From positions 3,136,001 through 3,200,000 of the forward strand of contig CAUVXB020000002.1 in assembly GCA_963555825.3 (NCBI GenBank): a DNA stretch of 64,000 nt, read 5' to 3'. The notes under the pieces were generated by a model that saw nothing but the letters and a program-made list of their open reading frames with translations, was not told the DNA's origin and made no database searches. This DNA is from Alphaproteobacteria bacterium. Its GTDB lineage: Bacteria > Pseudomonadota > Alphaproteobacteria > JAAXGF01. This document shows positions 42,583 to 54,390 of the stretch, piece by piece. The number at the start of each line of letters is the position of its first letter. Position 1 is the first letter of the stretch. Both the position numbers and the translations under genes were made by a program.

Positions 42583-43962
42583 TCAGACTTGGAAACCGGC
42601 CGGGCGCGGCGCGCCTCGCGCCAGCTCGGCGACGACGGCGAGTCCCCGGGCCAGCGCGTCGTCGTCCTCGGCGGCGCCGAGGCACAACCGGACCGCGGCG
42701 GGGCCGGCGCCCGGCCGTACCGCGAAGTCCTCGGCCGGCGTGACGACGACGCCGTGGGCGGCTGCCGCGGCCGCGAAGTCTCGCCCGGTCCACGGCGCCG
42801 CCAACGACAGCCACAGATGCGGGTTGTCGGCATCGTGCTCCAGGCGCAGCCCGTCAAGCCGATCGCGCGCCAGCGCGTGCAGGCGGTGCGATGCGAGGCG
42901 CCGCCGGTCGGCGATCTCGTCGGCCGTGCCGTCGTCGATCCAGCGGCAGGCGAGCTCGACGACCAACGGCGATACCATCCACGAGATCGTTTGGCTGGTG
43001 GCGACGAGGTCGGCGACCAGCGCGGCCGGGGCGATCATGAAGCCGACCCGCAGGCCCGGCGCCACGGTCTTCGACAGGCTGGTGATGTGGATCGTCTGGT
43101 CGGGCAGCACGGCGCCGAACGGCTCGAAGTTCGACGTCGCGCCGCGCGCGTAGACATCGCCCTCGATAATCAGCACGCGCCGCCGCGCGGCGACCTCGGC
43201 GATGCGGCGCCGGCGCTCGGCCGCCAAGGTGCGTGTCGTCGGGTTATGCGCATGCGGCATGCAGAACAGCAGCCGCGAGCCAGAGGCTTCGCACGCCGCC
43301 TCGAAGGCGTCCGGGTCGAGGCCCTCGTCGTCGATCTCGACGGGCAGCAGCGTGAAGCCGAACAGCCGCGCGAAATTCTTGAGCCCGGGATAGGTCAGCG
43401 ACTCGACCATCACCGCGTCGCCCGGCCGTGTCAGCGTGCCGATCGCCACCGAGAGCGCCTGCTGCGCGCCGGTGGTGACGATGATGCGCTCGGCGTCGGC
43501 GGCGACGCCGCGCCGGCCGGCCCATCGCGCGAAGACCTCGCGGTGATGCGCGCGGCCCTGGGCCGGGCCGTAGTCGAGCAGGCTGTGCGCGTCGGCCTCG
43601 CGTTGGATGTCGGCGAGCACCCGGCGCAACGCGCCGGCGAGCTCGACCGGGGGCGGCCGGTTGAAGCTGAGGTCGACCTCGGAGTCGCCGGCCGCTACCG
43701 CCGTGGGCACGGCAAACGAGCGCGGCGCTTCGGCGACAAAGCTGCCGCGCCCGACATGCATGACGACCGAACCGCGCCGCTCGGCCAGGCGATAGCCACG
43801 GTTGACCGTACCCACGGTGATACCCAGCGTCTGGGCGAGGTCGCGCATCGTCGGCAGCCGCGCGCCGGGCGCCAGACGGTCGGCGCGTCGGTCGGCGTCG
43901 ATGGCGTCGGCGATTTGGCGGTAGACCGGCCCCGCGCCGTTCGCGATGGTGGGATGCCACAT
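42583..43962 (-). CDS. MocR/GabR-type PLP-dependent GntR regulator
   Basis: wHTH (RLPTMRDLA..LG...GTV.RGY, GRGSFV) plus an aminotransferase-like domain (SLSKTVAPGLRVG). Confidence 0.93.
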   Translation of the reverse strand: MWHPTIANGAGPVYRQIADAIDADRRADRLAPGARLPTMRDLAQTLGITVGTVNRGYRLAERRGSVVMHVGRGSFVAEAPRSFAVPTAVAAGDSEVDLSFNRPPPVELAGALRRVLADIQREADAHSLLDYGPAQGRAHHREVFARWAGRRGVAADAERIIVTTGAQQALSVAIGTLTRPGDAVMVESLTYPGLKNFARLFGFTLLPVEIDDEGLDPDAFEAACEASGSRLLFCMPHAHNPTTRTLAAERRRRIAEVAARRRVLIIEGDVYARGATSNFEPFGAVLPDQTIHITSLSKTVAPGLRVGFMIAPAALVADLVATSQTISWMVSPLVVELACRWIDDGTADEIADRRRLASHRLHALARDRLDGLRLEHDADNPHLWLSLAAPWTGRDFAAAAAAHGVVVTPAEDFAVRPGAGPAAVRLCLGAAEDDDALARGLAVVAELARGAPRPAGFQV

Positions 43963-44053
43963 TGTTACGAGAATAATATAGTGATTGACATGATCGTCGC
44001 GCCTTCAGCACAATGATTGTTACACAGTATAGACGAATTGTTACCGTATCAAT
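43961..44053. promoter_or_regulatory. putative MocR operator: three ATTGTTAC direct repeats in the divergent promoter
   Basis: ATTGTTAC at 43961, 44016 and 44037; ACAATGATTGT palindrome at 44010-20. Confidence 0.65.
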
Positions 44054-44106
44054 AGAATCCGTCGTCTCGTCACTTGAACGCGGCGCGCGGACCGAAGGAC
44101 GGCACC

Positions 44107-44859
44107 ATGACGAAGCTGAGCGTCAACCTCAACAAGGTCGCGTTGCTGCGCAACCAGCGCCACACCGGACGGCCCAGCGTGCTCGACGCGGCGCGCGCGG
44201 TGATCCGCGGCGGTGCCCACGGCATCACGGTCCACCCGCGTCCCGACGAGCGCCACATCCGCCGGACCGATGTCACCGAGCTGGCCGCGCTGCTGGCTAC
44301 CGAGTACGGCGGCGCGATCGAGTACAACATCGAGGGCAATCCGGTCGCCGAGCTCATCGAGCTGATCCGGCGCGTCCGCCCGACCCAGGCGACGCTGGTT
44401 CCGGACTCGCCCGACGCCGCCACCTCGGACCAGGGCTGGGACATCGCCGGCAACGCGCGGCGGCTCCGCCCGATCATCGCAGAGCTGCACGATCTCGGCA
44501 TTCGGGTCAGCCTGTTCGTCGAAGCCGACGTCGAGGTGGTGCACCAGGCCAAGGAGGTCGGCGCGGACCGGATCGAGCTTTACACCGGGCCCTATGCCGA
44601 CGCCTTCGGAACGCCCGAGGGCGAGGCGGTGTTCGAGCGCTACGTCTGTGCCGGCCGCGCGGCCCTCGACCTCGGCGTCGGGCTCAACGCCGGGCACGAT
44701 CTCGATCTCAACAACCTGCCCAAGCTGCAACAGGCGATGCCGTGGCTCGCCGAAATCTCGATCGGCCACGCCTTCACCGCCGACGCCTTGGCCTACGGGT
44801 TCGAAACGGCGGTTGGTTTGTATATCAAGGCACTCCACCACGGCTCGATCGCGGCGTAG
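44107..44859 (+). CDS. pdxJ: pyridoxine 5'-phosphate synthase
   Basis: LSVNLNKVALLRN, GITVHPRPDERHI, IELYTGPYA, NAGHDL and SIGHA. Confidence 0.96.
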   Translation: MTKLSVNLNKVALLRNQRHTGRPSVLDAARAVIRGGAHGITVHPRPDERHIRRTDVTELAALLATEYGGAIEYNIEGNPVAELIELIRRVRPTQATLVPDSPDAATSDQGWDIAGNARRLRPIIAELHDLGIRVSLFVEADVEVVHQAKEVGADRIELYTGPYADAFGTPEGEAVFERYVCAGRAALDLGVGLNAGHDLDLNNLPKLQQAMPWLAEISIGHAFTADALAYGFETAVGLYIKALHHGSIAA

Positions 44860-44947
44860 CTAGCGCCTCGTCAGCGCCCATCGGTCAGACAAAATACGCG
44901 GCGTTACCGCGCCGCGCTTCCGTTCTCAGTCGCGAGGGATCGAACGC

Positions 44948-45148
44948 TCAACCGGTCGAGTCGTCACCGGGACCGTGATCGATGCGCTTGCCGTCGTGGT
45001 CGTTTTGGGCGCGGTCGCTCTCCTGCAGCGTGATGTCGCGGTCGACCTTCTTGCGGCCGAATTTGGCGCGTTTCGCGGCGGCTTTCTTGTTCGCGAGCGC
45101 GCGTTCGCGCTGCTTGCGATAGTGGCCGAGATTGACTACATCTCCCAT
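44948..45148 (-). CDS. DUF4169-like small basic protein
   Basis: MGDVVNL..YRKQRER...A...RAKFGR pattern. Confidence 0.75.
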   Translation of the reverse strand: MGDVVNLGHYRKQRERALANKKAAAKRAKFGRKKVDRDITLQESDRAQNDHDGKRIDHGPGDDSTG

Positions 45149-45293
45149 GTTCAGGCCCTGTCCGACATCGCCACAACCACCGACTTGTTGATGGCTCCTT
45201 GCCCGACGGTTAGCTTAACGCATATGGACGGACGCGCAACCGCCCATGTCACGCCGCGCACGGTATTTTGGCGAAATTGACGGACGACTTGTC

Positions 45294-48200
45294 GTGAAAA
45301 AGGCCGCTCTCGCCGTCTTCGGGATTTTCGGGCTCGCCGTCGTGGCGCTGGTCGTCGTCCCCTATCTCATTGATCTCAATAACTACAAACGCGAAATCGC
45401 CGCCGAGGTGATGGCGCTGACCGGTCGTGCGTTGCGTATCGATGGCGCGATCGACCTCGCGATACTTCCGACGCCCACGATCACGGTCAGGGAATTGAGA
45501 CTCGCCAACGTGCCGGGCGGCGTGGCGCCTGACATGCTGCGCGTCAAGGCGGCCCAGGTACGCGTCTCGTTGTGGCCGCTGCTGAGCCGGGAAATCAGGA
45601 TCAAGCGTCTCGTCCTCTTAGAACCGAAACTCGAGCTGGAGCGTCTCGCCGACGGACGGCTGAACTGGGATTTGGCGATCGACACCGCGGTCCGCGATGG
45701 CGTCACAGTGAGCCTCGACAAGATCGTCGTCCAGGGCGCCCAGATCGCCTATCGCGATGGTGCCGATACGCTGGTCGAGCGGTTCGACGACATCAATCTC
45801 ATTGCCTTCGCCGAGGCGCCGGGTGGGCCGTATCGCCTCGAAGGCAAATTGGTCGCGCGCGGCCTGCCGATCGACGTCGCGGCGACGTTCGGCGGGTTCG
45901 CGCGCAGTCCGATTCCGGTGACGGTCGACCTGGCGACCAGCGCCGGGGGGGCGAAGCTCGCCTTCACCGGTTCGCTCGGTCTGGTCACCGCCTATAGCGA
46001 TCTTCGCGGCCGGCTCAAGGTCGAGGTGGACACGCTGGCCCCCGTTATCGCAGCGTTGGCGCCCGAACTCGCGGCCCATCCGGATGCACCGTTGTTCCTG
46101 AACCGTCGCTTCACGCTGGGTGGCACGCTGGAGGCGAGCGCCAGCGACGCGGCGCTCAACGACATCGCTTTCGAGCTTGGCGGCGTGCGTGGCGGCGGCG
46201 CGGTCAATCTGGGTTTCGGCGACGTGCCGCGGATCGACGTCGCGCTCGACTTCAACCGGATCGACGTCGACCGCTTCCTCGCCGACGCGCCGGCCGACGG
46301 GGGCGGCGCGGCGACCGGCATCGCCTCGCTCGCCGCGCTAGCGCTGCCCGCCGACCTCGAGGCGACGCTCGATTTGCGCATCAACGGGCTGGTCTACAAC
46401 GGCTCGGTGGTACGCCAGGCGCAGTTTGTCGCGGCGCTCGAGGACGCCGCGCTGGTAGTTCAGCAGGCGTCCGCGCTGCTTCCGGGCGGCTCCGATTTCA
46501 CGCTGTTCGGCGTGCTCGAAACGGTCGACGGCGCGCCGCGCTTCGATGGCCAGGTCGAAGCATCGGCCGACAATCTGCGTGCCGCGCTCGACTGGCTCGG
46601 CTACCCGACCGATGCCGTACCGGCCGATCGTCTGCGGAAACTCAGCTTCTCGGCCAAGCTGGCGGTCACGCCCAAGCTGGCGCAGTTTTCGGCGATCGAT
46701 CTGCGCATCGATCTGTCGCGGATCAGCGGCGGCGTGAATTTTGGGCTCGGGCGGCGCCCGTCGTTCAACGCCGCCGTGATGATCGATCGAATCAATCTCG
46801 AGGCCTATATGCCGGTCCCCGGCGCCGCGTCATCGGCCGATGGCGCGGCCGGGCCGCTCGAGCCGTTGATGCCGTATGCCGGCGAGTTGAAGGCGCACAT
46901 CGGCAAGCTGGTCTATGGCTCGCTGCCGATGTCGGGGCTCGAGATCGACGCCGGCATGCGCGGCGGCACGCTGACCCTGCGCAGCCTGACGGTCGCCGAT
47001 CTCGCGGGCGTCAGCGGCGTCATCAGCGGCGTCCTCGAAGACGCCGGGCGCAGCTTCGACCTGACCTACAACGCCGAGACGCGCGACGCCGCGCCCTTGT
47101 TGCGCGCACTCGACGTCATGCCCGCTGCGGTGCCGCGCGCGCTCGGGACGGTCATCCTGCGCGGCCGCGTCGAAGGCTCCGCCACGGCGCTGACGCTCGA
47201 CACCAGCGTCGGCCTCGAGGGCGGCGAGGTCAGCTTCGCCGGCACCGTGTCGGGGATCGGCGACGCGCCGGTCGTCGACGCCAGGGTCGGCGTGACGGGC
47301 GACAGCCTCGCGGCGCTCGCCAAACGCTTCGGCTTCGATCTCGCGCCGGGCCGCGCCGGGCCGGTAACGCTCGACGCGCTGGTCAAGGGCGGTCTCGACG
47401 CGCTCGAGATAACGCTCGAGGTCGCTGCCTACGGCGCGACCGGCCACGCCGAGGGCACGATCGGCGGCCTCGCGGAAGCGCCTGCCTACGATCTCGCCGT
47501 GACGCTTGCGCATCCCAGCCTCATGGGATTGATCGCCGCCATCGATGGAACCGACGCGTCCGCCGATGCGGCGCCGCACGCGGTGCAACTGGCCGCCCGC
47601 GTGACCGGCGACAGCGTTGGCGCCCGCGCCACTGAGTTCGACGCCACGATCGGACCCAACCGCTTTACCGGCGCCGTCACGGCGCGCTGGGACGGCCCCC
47701 GCCCGTACCTCGACGCCACGCTCACGGCTGGCGAGGTCGCCGTCGGGCCGCTGTTCGGTGCGTCGAGCGACACCCCGCCGGCCGATGACGACAAGCACTG
47801 GTCGCGCCGGCCAATCGCGCTCGCCGGGCTCGATCTCGTCGACGGCCGGGCCAGCCTCGCCGCCCAGGCCATGGTGCTCGGGCCACTGCGCATCGACGGC
47901 GCGAAGGCCCAGATGACGCTCACCGACGGCGTGCTCGAGGTCGAGGAATTGACCGGCCGGTTGTACGGCGGTCCGGCGCACATCCAGGCGGCGATCGCCA
48001 ACGCCGAACCGCCGAGCGTCGATGTGACCTTTGCTCTCGACGACGCCGATCTGGCGTCACTCGCACGGGATCTCGCCGGGACCGACGCGCTGAGCGGGCG
48101 GGTCGACATCGCGGGCGCCTTCCTGGCCAAGGGGCGTGACGCGTTCGAACTGGTCTCGAGGCTCGCCGGCGAGGCGACGCTGTCGGGCCAGGGCGGCGCG

Positions 48201-48947
48201 TTCGCGGGCATCGACCTCGGACGTCTCGACGCCGGACTCGGCGGCGTCGACAGCCCGGCCGCCTTCGCCGCGCTCGCCCGGGCCGTGATGGCGGGCGGCG
48301 CGACCGCGATCGAAAGCCTCGACGGGCGTTTCACCGCCGACCGCGGCGTCATCCGAACCGACGATCTGCGCGCCGTGCTCGATGGCGCCGTGGTCGATGC
48401 CGAGGCGAGCGTCGACCTGCCGCGATGGCGTCTCGAACTCACCGCGTCGGCGGCGCTGGCGAGCCACGCCGACGCGCCGCCGATGGAACTGTCGCTGAGC
48501 GGTCCGATCGATGACCCGAAGGCCGCATGGCGTTCCGACGCCCTAGAGGCGTACATCGCCGAAAAACTGATCAGCGCCGCGCCGTTGCCCGCGCCTGCCG
48601 AGGAACCGGAGGCGGCCGACGCGCCTGCCGAGGAACCGGTCGTGATCGACGCGCCGGTCGAGGAAGTGCCCGCCGAGACCATCGAAGAGGCTGCCGAAAC
48701 GGCTGAGACCCCGGAGGCGCCACTCGATCCACGCGCCGTCGAGGCGATGGAAGCGGCCGCCACCGATGAAGCTGCCGACGAGACCGCGCCGGCGGTGCTC
48801 GAGGTCGCCGCGCCCGCGCCGCCGCCCGACAAGCCTGCGCTCGCTGAACCGTTGCCTGAACCCGCTCCCGAACCGGCGCCCGAGGAAGACCCGGCGCCAT
48901 CGCTCGACAGCTTCCTTCAGGGCATCATCAGCACGACCGAAAACTAG
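45294..48947 (+). CDS. AsmA-family protein with an acidic Pro/Ala/Glu-rich tail
   Basis: N-terminal TM + PYLIDLNNYK...TGR.L.IDG, beta-rich repeats and an AsmA-like C-terminus. Confidence 0.88.
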   Translation: MKKAALAVFGIFGLAVVALVVVPYLIDLNNYKREIAAEVMALTGRALRIDGAIDLAILPTPTITVRELRLANVPGGVAPDMLRVKAAQVRVSLWPLLSREIRIKRLVLLEPKLELERLADGRLNWDLAIDTAVRDGVTVSLDKIVVQGAQIAYRDGADTLVERFDDINLIAFAEAPGGPYRLEGKLVARGLPIDVAATFGGFARSPIPVTVDLATSAGGAKLAFTGSLGLVTAYSDLRGRLKVEVDTLAPVIAALAPELAAHPDAPLFLNRRFTLGGTLEASASDAALNDIAFELGGVRGGGAVNLGFGDVPRIDVALDFNRIDVDRFLADAPADGGGAATGIASLAALALPADLEATLDLRINGLVYNGSVVRQAQFVAALEDAALVVQQASALLPGGSDFTLFGVLETVDGAPRFDGQVEASADNLRAALDWLGYPTDAVPADRLRKLSFSAKLAVTPKLAQFSAIDLRIDLSRISGGVNFGLGRRPSFNAAVMIDRINLEAYMPVPGAASSADGAAGPLEPLMPYAGELKAHIGKLVYGSLPMSGLEIDAGMRGGTLTLRSLTVADLAGVSGVISGVLEDAGRSFDLTYNAETRDAAPLLRALDVMPAAVPRALGTVILRGRVEGSATALTLDTSVGLEGGEVSFAGTVSGIGDAPVVDARVGVTGDSLAALAKRFGFDLAPGRAGPVTLDALVKGGLDALEITLEVAAYGATGHAEGTIGGLAEAPAYDLAVTLAHPSLMGLIAAIDGTDASADAAPHAVQLAARVTGDSVGARATEFDATIGPNRFTGAVTARWDGPRPYLDATLTAGEVAVGPLFGASSDTPPADDDKHWSRRPIALAGLDLVDGRASLAAQAMVLGPLRIDGAKAQMTLTDGVLEVEELTGRLYGGPAHIQAAIANAEPPSVDVTFALDDADLASLARDLAGTDALSGRVDIAGAFLAKGRDAFELVSRLAGEATLSGQGGAFAGIDLGRLDAGLGGVDSPAAFAALARAVMAGGATAIESLDGRFTADRGVIRTDDLRAVLDGAVVDAEASVDLPRWRLELTASAALASHADAPPMELSLSGPIDDPKAAWRSDALEAYIAEKLISAAPLPAPAEEPEAADAPAEEPVVIDAPVEEVPAETIEEAAETAETPEAPLDPRAVEAMEAAATDEAADETAPAVLEVAAPAPPPDKPALAEPLPEPAPEPAPEEDPAPSLDSFLQGIISTTEN

Positions 48948-48953
48948 CGCGCG

Positions 48954-49178
48954 TTAACGCCGGTCGCATCGGCGGCGCATCCAGTCGAGGACGTGGATGC
49001 GGATCGCGCTCGAGAGGTTGCCGGTGCGCGCGTCGTCGATCTCGGCGACGAGTGTGTTGAGCGAGACGCCGCGCTGGGTCGCGATCTCGCGCAGCGGCTG
49101 CCAGAAGGCGTCCTCGAGCGAGACGCTGGTGCGGTGGCCGGCGATCACGACCGAGCGTTTGCGCAACGTCTGAGGCAT
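48954..49178 (-). CDS. ribbon-helix-helix domain protein
   Basis: KRSVVIAGHRTSVSLE..FW and NLSSAIR. Confidence 0.88.
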   Translation of the reverse strand: MPQTLRKRSVVIAGHRTSVSLEDAFWQPLREIATQRGVSLNTLVAEIDDARTGNLSSAIRIHVLDWMRRRCDRR

Positions 49179-49184
49179 GGCGCG

Positions 49185-50579
<1,395 letters not shown>

Positions 50580-50658
50580 CGGCGGCTCTCTCCCGGCTCG
50601 GGTGGCAGGTCACCGGCCATTTAAGCACAGGGCAGGGCAGCGAGTCCCCAGGCGTCGG

Positions 50659-50988
50659 CTACTTCTTCGCCCGCAACGCCGCTTCGTAGGCGCGCCTCGC
50701 CCAATCGGACAGCGCGTCCGGATCGTCGAACATTTCGGCCGGCGCCTCGTAGTACGACAGCGCGATCTCGCGCCCCTCGCGGGTATAGAGGAAGGGGCCC
50801 GCGCCGGCCGCCTCGTAATTGCCGCGGTTCTCGTCGTCAACCTTGAGGTAGAGCGTGTCGGCGGCGATCAGGCCGAACATCAGGGCGTCGCGGAACAGCC
50901 CGACGCCGCCGAACATGCGCCGCGCGCCAACCCCGCCCAGGGGTTCGAGCTGCTCGAGCACGAAGTCGGCGTAGGCGTCTCGCGCCAT
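50659..50988 (-). CDS. TfoX/Sxy N-terminal domain protein
   Basis: RRMFGGVGL...MFGL...LYLKVD. Confidence 0.88.
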   Translation of the reverse strand: MARDAYADFVLEQLEPLGGVGARRMFGGVGLFRDALMFGLIAADTLYLKVDDENRGNYEAAGAGPFLYTREGREIALSYYEAPAEMFDDPDALSDWARRAYEAALRAKK

Positions 50989-50997
50989 ATTGACTGG

Positions 50998-51480
50998 CTA
51001 TTTCTTGCGGAAGGAATCGAGCGCGACGACGTCGGCGGTCAACTGGCTTGCCGGCGTGTCGGCGGTGTCGTCGTCCGCCGGCGGCTCGGCGGGATCGATG
51101 CGCGCGCCGGCCTCTCCGGCATTGGCGCCGCCCTGGAACTGCAGGCCGAACTTGACGCTCGGGTCGGCGAAGGCGGTGACCGCGTCGTAGGGCACGGTCA
51201 ACTTCTGGCGCATTTGGTTGAAGCTGAGCGCCACCGAGAACGCCCGATCGCCGACCTCGAGGTCCCAGTACTGGTGCTGCAGCACGATGGTCATTTCCTC
51301 GGGGTGGGTCGCCTTGAGTTGGTCGCCGATGTCGACGCCCGGGTCGTCGGTGCGAAACGAGATATAGAAGTGGTGGTCACCCGGCAAACCTTGCTCGGCG
51401 GCTTGCCTGAGCGCGGCGACCATGGCGCCGCGTAGCGCGTCCTCGACGAGCTTGTCGTAGCCCATCAGATCCTTGCTCAT
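50998..51480 (-). CDS. sspB: ClpXP adaptor SspB (alphaproteobacterial type)
   Basis: GLPGDHHFYISF, EMTIVLQHQYW and C-terminal VVALDSFRKK; lies next to ssrA. Confidence 0.93.
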   Translation of the reverse strand: MSKDLMGYDKLVEDALRGAMVAALRQAAEQGLPGDHHFYISFRTDDPGVDIGDQLKATHPEEMTIVLQHQYWDLEVGDRAFSVALSFNQMRQKLTVPYDAVTAFADPSVKFGLQFQGGANAGEAGARIDPAEPPADDDTADTPASQLTADVVALDSFRKK

Positions 51481-51533
51481 CGTCTCCGCGGCCTCCCAGA
51501 CCGGTCCGCGCCCCCGCCGCACGGACAAAAAAA

Positions 51534-51828
51534 GTGGGGGGCTTCTGTTGCCCGGTGCCCCCCGGACCGCGCTTGCCTAGATTAACTAGGCAGCGAGAGC
51601 CAACTTGTCGTTGTCATTGGCATCTGTAGTTTTCGACCCGATAACGGTGGTATCATGCCGGGCGAAAGCATACCCCTTTACTACGCGCGTCGATCCTGTT
51701 TCGCCCCCATGGTGTGCCGCGGAGCGCGCAAGCCCCGCGGCGAAACTGGTGGAGGCGCCGGGTACTGCCCCCGGGTCCGCTACGCTTATTCCGAGCCGCG
51801 TTTATCGCCATAGTCGACCGAAGTCGAC
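51534..51828 (-). ncRNA. ssrA: two-piece (permuted) tmRNA
   Basis: Acceptor piece ends ...CCCGGCGCCTCCACCA at 51747, followed by an intervening hairpin. The coding piece starts GGGGGCGAAA at 51708 and carries tag ANDNDKLALAA* (51621-51586). TATATT -10 near 51835-40. Outer ends are approximate. Confidence 0.95.
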
Positions 51829-51948
51829 ATGACCAATATAGGCGCTGGCGGCCGATTTGAAAAGATGCCCCCAGCGGCCGAGGGATATGGCGTTGGATCG
51901 AGCGACCGGCTAATCTGCCGTCGCTAGTCTAGTAACTTCGAGTCCCGG

Positions 51949-52887
51949 ATGCCCCTGACCCCCGAACAGCAAGCCGAAATCGACGCCGCGCGCGCCGAAA
52001 CCAATACCACGCGCCGCGTCGTCGCGCCGGCGCTCGAAGAGATTCTCTACCAGCCGATCCCGGTGCTCGACCACGGCTTCGTCCGCGTCGTCGACTATAT
52101 GGGTGACGATGCCGCGGTGGTGCAGGCGGCGCGCGTCTCCTATGGCAAGGGCACCAAGCAGGTCTCGACCGACCGCGGCCTGATCCGCTATCTGCTGCGC
52201 CACCGGCACACCACGCCGTTCGAGATGTGCGAGATCAAGTACCACGTCAAGCTGCCGATCTTCGTCGCGCGCCAGTGGATCCGCCACCGCACCGCCAACG
52301 TCAACGAGTACTCGGCGCGCTACTCGATCCTCGACAACGAGTTCTACGTGCCGGCGGTCGAACAGCTGGCCAGCCAGTCGGCGGCCAACCGCCAGGGCCG
52401 CGGCGACGTGCTCGAGGGCGAAGAGGCCGCGCGGGTGCTCGATATCTTGAAGTCCGACGCGGCCGAGGCCTACGCGCACTACATCGAGATGCTCAACGAG
52501 GACGAGGCCGGCACGGTGCAGGATCCGGCGCGCACCGGGCTCGCCCGCGAGCTGGCGCGCGCCAACCTCAACCTCGGCTTCTATACCCAGTGGTACTGGA
52601 AGATCGACCTGTTCAACCTGATGCACTTCCTCAGCCTGCGCGCCGACGACCACGCGCAGTACGAGATCAGGGTCTACGCCGAGGCCATGATCGAAACGCT
52701 GGCGCGCTGGGTGCCGCTGGTCCACGAGGCGTTCATGGACTACCGCGTCGGCGGCGTCGAGATGTCGGCCGCCGGGCTCGTGGTGGTCAAGCGGCTGATC
52801 GCCGGCGAGGACGTCGCGCAGAAGGATTCAGGGCTTCCGCCGCGCGAGTGGCGCGAGCTGATGGCGATCCTGGGGCGGGAAGCGTAG
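51949..52887 (+). CDS. thyX: FAD-dependent thymidylate synthase
   Basis: AARVSY, HTTPFE and [18 protein letters not shown] (RHRx7S). Confidence 0.97.
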   Translation: MPLTPEQQAEIDAARAETNTTRRVVAPALEEILYQPIPVLDHGFVRVVDYMGDDAAVVQAARVSYGKGTKQVSTDRGLIRYLLRHRHTTPFEMCEIKYHVKLPIFVARQWIRHRTANVNEYSARYSILDNEFYVPAVEQLASQSAANRQGRGDVLEGEEAARVLDILKSDAAEAYAHYIEMLNEDEAGTVQDPARTGLARELARANLNLGFYTQWYWKIDLFNLMHFLSLRADDHAQYEIRVYAEAMIETLARWVPLVHEAFMDYRVGGVEMSAAGLVVVKRLIAGEDVAQKDSGLPPREWRELMAILGREA

Positions 52888-53049
52888 TTGTTTTGCGCGG
52901 TCAGCCTTTTGTGCGGTCACCTTCGGTGACCTGCGCTCAATCGCCGCGCTTGCTTTCGCCGCAGGGGCGGCGGCCCCCCTCTTGTCCCAATAAGACTGGC
53001 GCAGGCTGGTAGTCCGAACGAATCCAGCCGCCGTCGCGTTGCGACGGGT

Positions 53050-54195
53050 CTATTGGATGACGATGCGGGGCGCGGCGCGGCCGCCGGCGCCGAGCGCCGC
53101 GTCGACCTTCTCGGCGATGCGCGCGGCGATTACGCGGTACGTCTTGGCCAGGGCGCTGTCGGGGTCGGTGACGACGATCGGCCGGCCGGCGTCCGACGTC
53201 TCGCGGATCGCGATGTCGAGCGGCAGTTCGCCGAGAAATTCGGTGCCGAGCCGCTCGGCCTCGGCGCGCGCGCCGCCGTGGCTGAAGATCTCGGCGCGAT
53301 CGCCGCATTTGGGGCAGATGTAATAGCTCATGTTCTCAATGATGCCGAACACCGGCACCTCGACCTTGCGGAACATATTGAGCCCCTTGCGCGCGTCGAG
53401 GAGCGCGATGTCCTGCGGCGTCGAGACGATCACGGCGCCGGTCAGCGGCACGCGCTGGGCCAGCGTCAGTTGGGCGTCACCGGTGCCCGGCGGCAGGTCG
53501 ACGACGAGCACGTCCAACTCGCCCCATTCGACGTCGCGCAGCATCTGCTCGATGGCGCTCATCACCATCGGGCCGCGCCAGATCATCGGCGTGTCTTCCT
53601 CGACCAGGAAGCCCATCGACATGCATTTTACGCCGTAGTTCTCCATCGGGTGCAGGCGGCGGCCGTCGGGCGAGTTGGGCCGGCCGGAGATGCCCAGCAT
53701 GCGCGGCATCGACGGGCCGTAGATGTCGGAATCGAGGATACCGACGCTCTTGCCCGAAGCGGCCAGCGCCAGCGCGAGGTTGACCGTGGTCGTCGACTTG
53801 CCGACGCCGCCCTTGCCCGAGGCGACGGCGACGATCGCGTCGATGCCCGGGATCAGCGGCTTCTCGTCGCCCGCACCGCCGGCCGGCGGCGCCGCGCGCG
53901 GCTGTGGTGGCTGTGGCGGCGCCTGGGGCGCTGGCTCGGGCGCGTCCTGGTGCGCGGTCAGGACGGCGGTCACCGAAGTGACGCCGGGCAGCACCGACAC
54001 GGCTTGTTCGCAGGCCTTGCGCAAGGGCTCCATGTGCTCGCCCTCCTTGGCATCGACCTCGATCGCGAAACCGACGTTGCTGCCCTTGACGACGAGGCCC
54101 GAGACCATGCCGAGGCTGACCACGTCGGCGCCGCGATTGGTGTCGACGATGCGTTTCAGGGCGTCGAGAACTTGTACTTCGGTCACCGCCGACAT
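53050..54195 (-). CDS. mrp: Mrp/ApbC iron-sulfur cluster carrier ATPase
   Basis: SGKGGVGKST, WRGPM, DLPPGTGD and ENMS...CPKC. Confidence 0.94.
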   Translation of the reverse strand: MSAVTEVQVLDALKRIVDTNRGADVVSLGMVSGLVVKGSNVGFAIEVDAKEGEHMEPLRKACEQAVSVLPGVTSVTAVLTAHQDAPEPAPQAPPQPPQPRAAPPAGGAGDEKPLIPGIDAIVAVASGKGGVGKSTTTVNLALALAASGKSVGILDSDIYGPSMPRMLGISGRPNSPDGRRLHPMENYGVKCMSMGFLVEEDTPMIWRGPMVMSAIEQMLRDVEWGELDVLVVDLPPGTGDAQLTLAQRVPLTGAVIVSTPQDIALLDARKGLNMFRKVEVPVFGIIENMSYYICPKCGDRAEIFSHGGARAEAERLGTEFLGELPLDIAIRETSDAGRPIVVTDPDSALAKTYRVIAARIAEKVDAALGAGGRAAPRIVIQ

Positions 54196-54390
54196 ATTTG
54201 TTACTCCATCACTCGGGTATCGGGCGCGCGAGTGTAGACAATTTGTTGCCCCCCGGCGAGCGTCGCGCGCGGCCCGGTCCGGCTGGGGTGGGGCCATGAT
54301 ACGTTGCGCGCCGTGGCCAGCTGTCATATAAGGCGGGGACATACGTCAACAAGCCCATGATCATGAAATCAGAACGATCGGAGCCGGTAG

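Noticed and set aside
51700-51790. tRNA-Ala-like sequence
   Set aside because: It is the tRNA-like domain of the permuted tmRNA, which is normal for alphaproteobacteria. No integrated element or att duplication was seen.
52888-53049. Hairpins between convergent thyX and mrp (GGTCAC-CTTCG-GTGACC and others)
   Set aside because: Compatible with ordinary terminator structures; there is no second copy or family evidence.
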